A stretch of 64,000 nucleotides of DNA from an uncultured Bacteroidales bacterium (GTDB lineage: Bacteria; Bacteroidota; Bacteroidia; Bacteroidales; UBA10428): assembly GCA_964521285.1 (NCBI GenBank), contig CAZFQS010000003.1, positions 9,749-73,748 on the forward strand, given 5' to 3'. The notes below the pieces were generated by a model that saw only the letters and a program-made list of their open reading frames with translations, was not told the origin of the DNA and did not search any database. The stretch's first letter is position 1. Every line of letters starts with the position of its first letter. Made by a program: the position numbers and the translations under genes. This document shows, one piece after another, positions 18,201 to 25,462 of this stretch.

Positions 18201-18716
18201 CAGCCGGCTCTGGGCGGTATGGCTGTTTTCATTGGTACCAACGAGGAAAGACCAGCGCCGGGCAGGGGTGAACTCTTCTTTCACCTTGGTTCTGCCGGTT
18301 TTGGTTTGCTCGAATTTGTATTCCATCTTAACCAGCGAAAACCGCCAGTCGCATTCATCCGGTGAGACAAAAGCAACCAAAGCAGCATCCTTTTCATTTG
18401 AACTGCCGTATTTCCCCTGTAAATATCCGGCAACAAAATTGCGCTGACTGGAACGTGCATGTTCAAGCGAAGTTTCCTTTTGCAATTTAATTATCAGTAT
18501 ATCAATTCTATTCTCTCCATCATTAAACTTGCCAATCCTCTCAAATGTGCTGATAAACTGCTTGTAAGCATCGGGAATATATTGACCTTGCCGCTGAGGG
18601 ATATAATCCTCTTCAATGCGATTTAACAGATTTTTAATGAAGCCGGTAAATCGTTCCTTATTAAAAAAATTTTCAAAAGTCTTTTCGATGATTTTTTTTG
18701 CTTGTTGTTTATCCAT
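15294..18716 (-). CDS. Eco57I/PglX-like gamma-class N6-adenine DNA methyltransferase with TaqI_C-like target-recognition domain
   Basis: 1140 aa. Motifs YYTPREIV, CDPAVGSGAFP (motif I) and VVIANPPYI (motif IV, NPPY at 16524-16535). C-terminal tail REIDQLVYQLYGLTEEEIKIIE. Confidence 0.85.
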   Translation of the reverse strand: MDKQQAKKIIEKTFENFFNKERFTGFIKNLLNRIEEDYIPQRQGQYIPDAYKQFISTFERIGKFNDGENRIDILIIKLQKETSLEHARSSQRNFVAGYLQGKYGSSNEKDAALVAFVSPDECDWRFSLVKMEYKFEQTKTGRTKVKEEFTPARRWSFLVGTNENSHTAQSRLVKILADDEHNPTLTVLEEAFNIETVTREFFIKYRELFIRTKEALDKVIKNDTKIHADFETKGINTVAFAKKLLGQIVFLYFLQKKGWFGVARDAEWGTGSKQFLRELFEKKHGDYRNFFNDILEPLFYDALSRDRSDIDHWNDHFKCKIPFLNGGLFEPISNYNWVHTDICLPDDLFSNKRKTSEGDIGDGIFDIFDGYNFTVKEDEPLEKEVAIDPELLGKAYEKFNAIRPDNFEEYKKALKSGKKGEETKFNKQYGVYYTPREIVHYMCQQSLINYLFNELNNDKVSYEKFGDNNLDMFGNKIKKGQLDLTIEHNTGTGILKEDIEMLIHMGEHISENEEIALIKKQKINEGKQKTSVYELMLPESIHKNPGLIDQKLAEITVCDPAVGSGAFPLGMMNEIVKARTVLTTFITNKEKRKHYDFKRQCIEYSLYGVDIDPGAVEIAKLRLWLSLMVDEEDIRNIKPLPNLDYKIVCGNSLLGVEKNLFNNQLFTELENLKPLYFNETNPTKKQEYKKQIDELICKITNGHKEFDFEVYFSEVFHRKGGFDVVIANPPYISHDKISIGKNLLKEKYRSYEPFADIYCYFIEKEVNLQSKKGISTFITSNSYLRAEYGSPLRKLLRNENELLGIINLEDAQIFEDAIVNVAILISTKDKIGRKCFVFNKPFSGDIQNFAGYVTARGFYYTQEIFELKSWSLIETEKVLIQKKIKKAGKTLEQLGAKIRLGLATGKNDAFIIDENKRKEFIILNHKNAEIIKPILRGRDIFRYRYEFPNLYILLTKNGVNVKKDYPDIYQYLDGFGQSFKKRGAQGQHWTNLRAVAFFDDFKKHKIVWIELTDNGRFALCVDEMYLLNSAYFLLPPSAIDVKYLLGILNSRLIYFYLGLIAETSGMGVNRWINNYVKEFPIVQATDEKQKPILELVDRIFVTKRANPHADTRGLEREIDQLVYQLYGLTEEEIKIIENSL

Positions 18717-18819
18717 ATTTGTCTATTAGAGCCGTTGTTGAGCCTGTTAATTTATAAAAAGTACACTATATTGAAATAAATGGCTTTTGTTTTATTCGGC
18801 CATATTCTGATCGAATGGT

Positions 18820-18847
18820 GGCCAATTCGACCAATTACCGGCCAATT
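18820..18847 (-). promoter_or_regulatory. three 8-bp direct repeats G(G/A)CCAATT spaced 9 and 11 bp, in the gap between the AlbA_2 gene and the MTase gene (candidate operator)
   Basis: Copies at 18820-18827, 18829-18836 and 18840-18847, plus a related GGCCATATT at 18799-18807. Confidence 0.3.
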
Positions 18848-20168
18848 AATTTTTAAGTTCATATTTTGCACCTCTTCCCTTTGTGATCGGCTCGGTTAAC
18901 AATCCTATTTTAACTAACTTCCTGAGGTCTTCTGTCGCCGTTGTTTTCCCTACATTATTGATCTTTTGATACATAGAGTTATTAATAGAGCCTTCCCCCT
19001 TTACATACATAACCGCTTTAATTTGTCTTTCATTCAATCCCATTTTTTTAAGATTTTCCAGATTCCATTTGTCTTTGTAGAAAATCACTGTCATGACCCC
19101 ATTTTGCTCATAGAAATCCGGTTCTGGCAATCCACCCTCCAAACACTTTTCAACAATCATGTTAGTACCCCTGCCCCAGGCTTCAATAAAGCCGGCATAA
19201 TAAAAAATGCCCGCCAGCAACTTATTTCTCGGCATGGACAGATGATTCGTTTTAAGCTTTTCCACCGGCACTTCTGGCGGTAAACTGCCGGCATTCATGA
19301 TGATTAGTTTATCCGGATAGACTCTAACCTGGATCTGCGAAAAACCCCAGTAATCTCGATGAATGAGCGCATTAATAATCGCCTCCCGCAATGCTTCATA
19401 AGGATATTCGAGTATATCCCGGCGATGAATGCCTTCATATTTTATATTGCTCAGCAGGTACTTGGTTCGGAGAATTTCCAGCGTATTTTCCAACTGCTGG
19501 AACAGATTACCTTTGACAATATCGGTCGTTTGAATATCGGTATCAGTTAAGAAGCGTCCGATCTTTACATATGCGTGGCTATAAAACCGCTGCGGATCTT
19601 TCCCAAAAAGAAGAATTGCAGCTCGCTTCAAATGTTGATTTTCGATAAGATTTAATTTCTGCAAAATATTAACGAAATCTGTTTCACGGACAATCGAAGG
19701 GATTCGATCAACAGCATATCGCTTAAAATCTTCTATGGTCGGTTTATCGAGAAGATCCAATTCGCCCTTATCGTCAATGGCATCGTCCCAGGTAATACCT
19801 GATTTTTTTATCAGGAAGCCGGACAGCTCTTTTCCTCTTAACTCCTGAATTGTGCTACCGCTTCTGATATAAAATTTGCCATTATATGAAATCGGGTCTG
19901 ATGAAGGAATAATCTTTATCCGGATTATTTCAAGGTCATTTTTCTTTTCTGATTCCACAAAGGGAATGATACCAAGTTTATTACGGATTTTGTTGGGAAT
20001 GTCTTCCAGTAATTTTTTTGAGTTCGCCAGTCCAACATGTTGTCCCTGGTCATTTAATCCAACAATGAGTTGTCCGCCTTTGCTGTTGGCAAAAGCAGAA
20101 ATCACCTTCAGGTGTTCATCTCTCCAGATGCTCTTAAATTCTATTCTATGTGATTCTTTATTGGTCAT
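18846..20168 (-). CDS. AlbA_2 (Schlafen-like) DNA-binding domain + HATPase_c_4-like + C-terminal wHTH protein (often annotated RecG-like/transcriptional regulator)
   Basis: ESHRIEFKSIWRDEHLKVISAFANSKGGQLIVGL is the AlbA_2 signature. EAIINALIHRDY is typical of the HATPase_c_4 part. The start lies inside the helicase 3' end, with GGAGG 6 nt upstream. Confidence 0.75.
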   Translation of the reverse strand: MTNKESHRIEFKSIWRDEHLKVISAFANSKGGQLIVGLNDQGQHVGLANSKKLLEDIPNKIRNKLGIIPFVESEKKNDLEIIRIKIIPSSDPISYNGKFYIRSGSTIQELRGKELSGFLIKKSGITWDDAIDDKGELDLLDKPTIEDFKRYAVDRIPSIVRETDFVNILQKLNLIENQHLKRAAILLFGKDPQRFYSHAYVKIGRFLTDTDIQTTDIVKGNLFQQLENTLEILRTKYLLSNIKYEGIHRRDILEYPYEALREAIINALIHRDYWGFSQIQVRVYPDKLIIMNAGSLPPEVPVEKLKTNHLSMPRNKLLAGIFYYAGFIEAWGRGTNMIVEKCLEGGLPEPDFYEQNGVMTVIFYKDKWNLENLKKMGLNERQIKAVMYVKGEGSINNSMYQKINNVGKTTATEDLRKLVKIGLLTEPITKGRGAKYELKN

Positions 20169-23100
20169 TTGAACCTCCGATTAAATACAAAGACAAAATC
20201 ACTTCCCGTTTGCCGAAAACTGCCGGATTTTGTTCAGCATAATGTTCTTCAAGAAATTTTGCCGGAATATGTGTTTGAAGCACTGCCAAAACCTTAAAAG
20301 GATTGATGATTTCATTCCTAAGACCGTTCAAGGCTTTCAGGGTTTGTTTAGCTGTTTGTTTCGGTATATTGCCTTCCTCAATCCGTTTTAATACTTTATT
20401 AAGATACAATTCCTGATCATCAGTAAACTGCCGGGTATTATTAATAGTTACTTTAAGTATTTTAAGGATTTGTGCTGTGCTTTCCCGCCTGCTTGCTGAA
20501 CCGGGTTTTGGCATTTCCTCAGTAGTTGCAATAATAAAGGCGTTTTTATTTTTATCCAGCATATTGTAGAATTGCTCCTGTAATTTTTTCTTTGGTTCAT
20601 CGGGATTGCTTTCCAGCAATTTTGCCGCAGAGATAAAATCGAGTTCGGTTGCTTCCGCGTGGTCTGTAGCCAGAAAAAACTTTTGTAGTTTACCTCTGCG
20701 GAAATAAGTGAGTAAAGAATCCGTCTGCTCAATGTGATATTTTGCGGTACGGGCTTTTTTAGGCAATCGTTTTATTTTTTCAAACAGGTCAGGGTCATTA
20801 TCGCGAATCTCTTTGATAGTATGAAGATACTTCAAATCACTTTCCGCTGCTTCGTCTTCTCCTTCAAGAGTCTGCTTTGAAATCAATCTATTGAAGAGTT
20901 CGTGTGAACCAATGGGTTCACCTTCGGTTAAAAGCTCGGCATCACCACCCAAAAGGGTCAGAAAGGCATTTATTTTCGCTTCAGCTACCTCTTTAAGCTT
21001 AATCTGGTCGTTGGATTGCGCTGTGGGGAAGAAATTAAAGGTGTAAATAGTATCATGTCTGGTATCCACACGGTTTATACGGCCTACTCTCTGCATCATT
21101 CTTGTCGGATTCCAGGGAATATCGTAGTTAATGACCGTGTTGGAACGGTGCAGGTTTACGCCTTCGGACAGTACTTCCGTAGAAACAAGTATCCTGTGGT
21201 TATCTTTCGGATGACGTGAGCGGACATCAAAATTTTCAATAACCTTGTCACGTGTAGCTTCGCCCGAATCCCCTGTATAGCATAATACGCTACCGGGAAA
21301 TCTCTCATGAAGGTTTTTGTACAAATAATTGGCAGTTTCCTTTGATTCAGTGAATATGATGAGATGATTTTCTTTAAAAACGGATGTTGATGTTAGCTCC
21401 CTCATAAATTTGAGCAACTTCGGGTCACGGTCGATATGTGTCCAGAGCTTTTTTACTTCCAAAAGAATATCATGATCGTGTTGTAAATCGCTTCTCAATA
21501 CTTCATTGAATTCTGTGCTATCGTACCGTTCCGCTTTGCCCTCATCAATAAGGCGCTGCACTGCTTCATCGTCATCGTTCTCCAAAAGCTCGAAAATTTT
21601 ATTTATATGCTTTTTACTCACATAAACATTGCCGTTATCAAATTCCCTGATAAACATCTCATAGGAGTGCAGGAATCGATCCACCGAATTCATAAAGGCA
21701 AAGAAACTGCTTTCAAGCCGTTTGACCAGCAGGATTTTCATGAATCTGCCCATGTTGCGTTGGGATTGACGTTCCAGTTGATCAATCCTGCCCTGATAAT
21801 AGAGCATGGGCATGTAACGGGCATACCTGAACTTCTGAGCAATCAGCTCTATGGTTTTACTGAATATCTCATCCTCTTTTTCATTGAGTTCATAAAAAAG
21901 CGGTGCAGGCTTTTCAACATAGGGAAATTTCAATCCCTGTCTTATAATATCGTTTGAAAAATATTTCTCAATCTCAGTACGGGTTCGGCGCACCATTAAA
22001 TATTTAAGGACTTTTCCCCTGATTTCCCGGGAATTTTCTTTTACAATACTGATATATTTATCATAATCTTTCTGGCGATCCAGTTTTTTCAGTTTCTGTC
22101 CAAGTCTACCAAAAAATCCTTCCAGATCAGGCAGGTTAGGAATAGTGCTTTTCTTTGCCGGCTGGAATAACTTTAACAGGCTGAGAATATCTTTAGGGGC
22201 ATTGTTGTAAGGAGTAGCTGTAACCAGGATTACCCTTTTGCCGCGGCAAATCTCCGCCAATTTTTCATAGGTAACCGTTGTTTCAGTTCTAAAACGGTGA
22301 GCTTCATCGATAATTATATTGGTGTATTTATCGGTCCCTCCGTATAGTAAGTCATCGAGTTTACCAAGTGATTCAAAATCAGCCGGTATGCGAAAATCAG
22401 AAAAAACATTCCGCCAGGAACCGGGATTGGTCTTTTCCAGCAGCACCGGCGGGGCGATGACCAGTGTTCTACCGTCAAGCTGGCCTGCAAGCATAGTAGA
22501 AATGTATGTCTTTCCCAATCCAACCACATCCGATATAAAGACACCTCCGTATTCCAGAAGGATTTTTTTTGCATTTAAAACTGCCTGTTCCTGATATTCG
22601 AGTTTTTTAAACTCCGGCGGGAGATATTTTACAAACACTTCATCTGTCTGGCCAAGTTCATCTTTAAAATATTCATAGAGAAATTTCAAATAAAGCTGAT
22701 ATGGAGTGATATTTTGACTGAGCCATGTTTTTTCCTGGATGGTTTGAATATACTTTTCGCTCACATCAACGGCATCTTTCCATAATTCTTCAAATTTCTG
22801 CCTGGCAAACTCATAATCATTGCAATTTTTCAATTCTACATTAAATTCCAGGTTGTCAATAAGCCCTGCCTGAGTAAAGTTACTTGAGCCTGTAATCACT
22901 CGTCCGGTATCCCTGTCGCCTTCACAAAAAGTCATAATGTAAAGCTTGGCGTGGATATTTTGTGAGGGATAAGCTTTTATTTCCAATTTTTTGCTCCTAA
23001 TCCATTCGATAAACTTAATAACGCCTTCTTCAACTTCTTGTCGGTCTTCTGAATCAATTAGTTCCTTTTCTACAAGCTCTTCCACTCTTTCTTTAGTTTC

Positions 23101-23367
23101 AGCATGCGAAAATTCCATGACCTGCTGCTTTGGCTTATTAGCCCTGACAAGTAAATCATAGGTTTGACGGTTGGCGCTGATACCAATCAATATTCTTATC
23201 TTTTGCGTATTTTCCAGGGATTTATATATGGCATGGAAACCACTGGTATAGAAATAACCCACAAGGCAGTCAAAAAAAGAAGTGTCTTTTATCAATACTT
23301 CAAATCTGTCTCTTAAGGTATAGTTTTTATCGTTTGTTAAAAATGATAAATCAGTATTCATAAGCAT
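20158..23367 (-). CDS. PLD-family nuclease domain fused to an SNF2/DEAH superfamily-2 helicase
   Basis: One HKD motif (NIHAKLYIM...GRVITGSSNFT). Helicase motifs DVVGLGKT, IIIDEAHRFR, LVTATPYNN and STEVLSEGVNL...QRVGRINR. Confidence 0.85.
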   Translation of the reverse strand: MLMNTDLSFLTNDKNYTLRDRFEVLIKDTSFFDCLVGYFYTSGFHAIYKSLENTQKIRILIGISANRQTYDLLVRANKPKQQVMEFSHAETKERVEELVEKELIDSEDRQEVEEGVIKFIEWIRSKKLEIKAYPSQNIHAKLYIMTFCEGDRDTGRVITGSSNFTQAGLIDNLEFNVELKNCNDYEFARQKFEELWKDAVDVSEKYIQTIQEKTWLSQNITPYQLYLKFLYEYFKDELGQTDEVFVKYLPPEFKKLEYQEQAVLNAKKILLEYGGVFISDVVGLGKTYISTMLAGQLDGRTLVIAPPVLLEKTNPGSWRNVFSDFRIPADFESLGKLDDLLYGGTDKYTNIIIDEAHRFRTETTVTYEKLAEICRGKRVILVTATPYNNAPKDILSLLKLFQPAKKSTIPNLPDLEGFFGRLGQKLKKLDRQKDYDKYISIVKENSREIRGKVLKYLMVRRTRTEIEKYFSNDIIRQGLKFPYVEKPAPLFYELNEKEDEIFSKTIELIAQKFRYARYMPMLYYQGRIDQLERQSQRNMGRFMKILLVKRLESSFFAFMNSVDRFLHSYEMFIREFDNGNVYVSKKHINKIFELLENDDDEAVQRLIDEGKAERYDSTEFNEVLRSDLQHDHDILLEVKKLWTHIDRDPKLLKFMRELTSTSVFKENHLIIFTESKETANYLYKNLHERFPGSVLCYTGDSGEATRDKVIENFDVRSRHPKDNHRILVSTEVLSEGVNLHRSNTVINYDIPWNPTRMMQRVGRINRVDTRHDTIYTFNFFPTAQSNDQIKLKEVAEAKINAFLTLLGGDAELLTEGEPIGSHELFNRLISKQTLEGEDEAAESDLKYLHTIKEIRDNDPDLFEKIKRLPKKARTAKYHIEQTDSLLTYFRRGKLQKFFLATDHAEATELDFISAAKLLESNPDEPKKKLQEQFYNMLDKNKNAFIIATTEEMPKPGSASRRESTAQILKILKVTINNTRQFTDDQELYLNKVLKRIEEGNIPKQTAKQTLKALNGLRNEIINPFKVLAVLQTHIPAKFLEEHYAEQNPAVFGKREVILSLYLIGGSNDQ

Positions 23368-23430
23368 CTTTATGTGTAATTCATAGCTAATGTTTACTAT
23401 TCATGTATTTTCTCGATATAACCTCTAACT

Positions 23431-23455
23431 ATATTATATTATATTATATTATATT
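23431..23455. repeat. pentanucleotide microsatellite (ATATT)5, 64 nt upstream of the helicase ATG
   Basis: Direct reading. Five perfect units, followed by degenerate ATAGT ATAAT. Confidence 0.9.
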
Positions 23456-23685
23456 ATAGTATAATAATACTTGTTACCGTTTAACTTTAAATAAATACTA
23501 AATTATTAATCAAATTTAAAAATATTTTAAGTTTAAAAAGCTTACCAGATATTAAATAATAATAAGAATAATTAAAATTAGAACATTGTGATGGTATTAC
23601 ATAAAAACCAGAGGGCAGGAAAAAATTAAGTAAATGCAAGTATAAAAATAATTTTATAATCCTCAGCTCCTTATATCAGCAAACT

Positions 23686-24570
23686 CTAATCCGCCACGGC
23701 ACTTGCGGTAATCACTTCGCTATTCACTTTCTTTACAAGTCCCTGCAGCACATTTCCCGGTCCGACCTCAGTAAATGAATCAGCCCCGCCGGCAATCATA
23801 TTTTTCACTGATTGGGTCCATTTTACAGGTGAAGTCAGTTGTAACTTGAGGTTTTGTTTTATTTTTTCAGGATCTGTAGTAGGTAATCCAGTCACATTCT
23901 GGTAAACCGGACAAACAGTCTCATTAAAAGGAGTAATATCTATAGCTTTTTCCAGTTCAATTTTAGCCGGTTCCATGAATGGTGAATGAAATGCTCCTCC
24001 GACTTTTAATTTTATTGCCCCTTTTGCACCGGCCTCTGTAAGTTTTTTTATAGCCAGGTCAATGCCTTTTATTGAACCTGAAATAACTATTTGACCCGGA
24101 CTATTGTAGTTTGCAGGAACGACAACTTCATTTGTTTCATAGCAGACTTTTTCAACAATTTCTTCTCCAAGACCTATAATAGCAGCCATTGTTGAAGGAT
24201 TAATTTCGCATGCTTTCTGCATTGCCTGTGCACGTTTTGAGACCAGATTAAGCCCGTCTTCAAACGATAAGCCCCCTGCAGCTACTATTGCAGAAAATTC
24301 TCCTAAAGAATGACCCGCAACCATATCCGGTTTAAATTTATCACCCAGTACTTCCGCCAAAATCACTGAATGCAGGAAGATAGCCGGCTGAGTAACTTTA
24401 GTTTGTCTTATATCTTCATCTGTCCCTGAAAACATCAAATCTGTTATTCTAAATCCCAGAATGACATTTGCTTTTTCAAACAGATCTCTTGCCTGGGCTG
24501 AATTATCATAGAGGTCTTTTCCCATTCCCACAAATTGTGCTCCCTGACCTGGGAAAATATATGCTTTCAT
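23686..24570 (-). CDS. fabD: malonyl-CoA:ACP transacylase
   Basis: FPGQGAQFVGMG and the GHSLGEFSA active-site motif. 294 aa. Confidence 0.9.
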   Translation of the reverse strand: MKAYIFPGQGAQFVGMGKDLYDNSAQARDLFEKANVILGFRITDLMFSGTDEDIRQTKVTQPAIFLHSVILAEVLGDKFKPDMVAGHSLGEFSAIVAAGGLSFEDGLNLVSKRAQAMQKACEINPSTMAAIIGLGEEIVEKVCYETNEVVVPANYNSPGQIVISGSIKGIDLAIKKLTEAGAKGAIKLKVGGAFHSPFMEPAKIELEKAIDITPFNETVCPVYQNVTGLPTTDPEKIKQNLKLQLTSPVKWTQSVKNMIAGGADSFTEVGPGNVLQGLVKKVNSEVITASAVAD

Positions 24571-24625
24571 AAATCAGGTTTTAAAATTCCGGGCAAAGGT
24601 AAAAAAATTGAATTAAGGAACCATA

Positions 24626-24685
24626 AATCTCCAAATCAATAATTCTCCAAATCATTAAATCTCCAAATCATTAAATCTCTGATTA
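24626..24685. repeat. 16-bp tandem repeat (AATCTCCAAATCATTA, ~3.7 copies) between folE and fabD
   Basis: Copies at 24626-24641, 24642-24657 and 24658-24673. A partial copy at 24674-24685 overlaps the folE stop. Confidence 0.9.
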
Positions 24686-25321
24686 ATGCAGCTTCGCTCC
24701 TATCAAGTGTATAAACTCTTCCCTTGTTCTTTGTTCCTTAAGAAAACAGCCTGTAAACGCTGATGTTGTAGCTACTGAATTTTGTTTCTGAACGCCCCTC
24801 ATTGCTATGCAAAGATGCAATGCTTCAATTACTACAGCCACTCCCAGTGGTTTTAATGTATTATGAATACAATCCCTTATCTGTACAGTAAGCCTTTCCT
24901 GCACCTGCAGCCGCCTGGAAAATGCATCAACAACCCGGGCTATCTTGCTCAGTCCGGTAATAAATCCATTAGGAATATAAGCAACATGAGCTTTCCCAAA
25001 AAAAGGAATCATATGATGTTCACATAATGAATAAATCTCAATATCTTTAACCAGAACCATCTGCCGGTAATCTTCCTTAAACATTGATGAAAGAATGATT
25101 TCCTGAGGATCGATATAATACCCGTGTGTAAGAAATTGTATGGATTTTGCGACTCTTAAAGGGGTTTCTTGTAATCCCTCACGATTGGGGTCTTCTCCAA
25201 TATTCTTTAAGATCTTATGGTATGATTTTGCCAGTTCTTCAGTGCGCTTTCCATCAAATTTATCAATTCTTTCATAGCCATTTTCTGCTATTCCTTGAAT
25301 ATTTTTATTATTTTCATTCAT
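24683..25321 (-). CDS. folE: GTP cyclohydrolase I
   Basis: [18 protein letters not shown] and QVQERLT motifs. Confidence 0.9.
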   Translation of the reverse strand: MNENNKNIQGIAENGYERIDKFDGKRTEELAKSYHKILKNIGEDPNREGLQETPLRVAKSIQFLTHGYYIDPQEIILSSMFKEDYRQMVLVKDIEIYSLCEHHMIPFFGKAHVAYIPNGFITGLSKIARVVDAFSRRLQVQERLTVQIRDCIHNTLKPLGVAVVIEALHLCIAMRGVQKQNSVATTSAFTGCFLKEQRTREEFIHLIGAKLH

Positions 25322-25462
25322 TATTAATATTTTTTATTTTCACCGCTTATATTACAATAATAATCGGGATAAATATATTTTTATATAATTTTATTGGTTG
25401 CTACCAAAACCTAAAGTTAATAACTTTTTAATTTTTGAAACTTTAAATAAATATTATCTAAA

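Noticed and set aside
17895-18447. Plus-strand ORFs 17895-18365 (156 aa) and 18013-18447 (144 aa), plus small minus-strand ORFs inside the methyltransferase gene
   Set aside because: They lie entirely within or antisense to a 1140-aa ORF that has clear MTase motifs. Their translations are low-complexity and have no recognisable motifs. The higher G+C here lengthens spurious ORFs.
15294-18716. A possible N-terminal PD-(D/E)xK nuclease in the methyltransferase (RIDILIIKLQKE), which would make it a bifunctional Type IIG enzyme. Also the ~127-residue spacing between YYTP and DPAVGSGAF, as a possible insertion.
   Set aside because: The D...(Q)xK-like string is too degenerate to call by eye. Long motif X to motif I spacers occur in PglX/MmeI-like enzymes. 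Profile or structure comparison is needed before making either claim.
12406-23367. Calling the operon BREX, DISARM or a Type I/III R-M system
   Set aside because: I could not recognise PglZ, BrxC or BrxL; DrmA or DrmB (DUF1998); HsdS or HsdR; or a Res-type PD-(D/E)xK domain anywhere in the window. Only partial domain overlap exists (SNF2, PLD, N6A-MTase).
24626-24685. CRISPR array
   Set aside because: The repeats are only 16 bp, directly tandem with no spacers, and there are no cas genes. No other CRISPR-like repeat-spacer structure was seen in the window.
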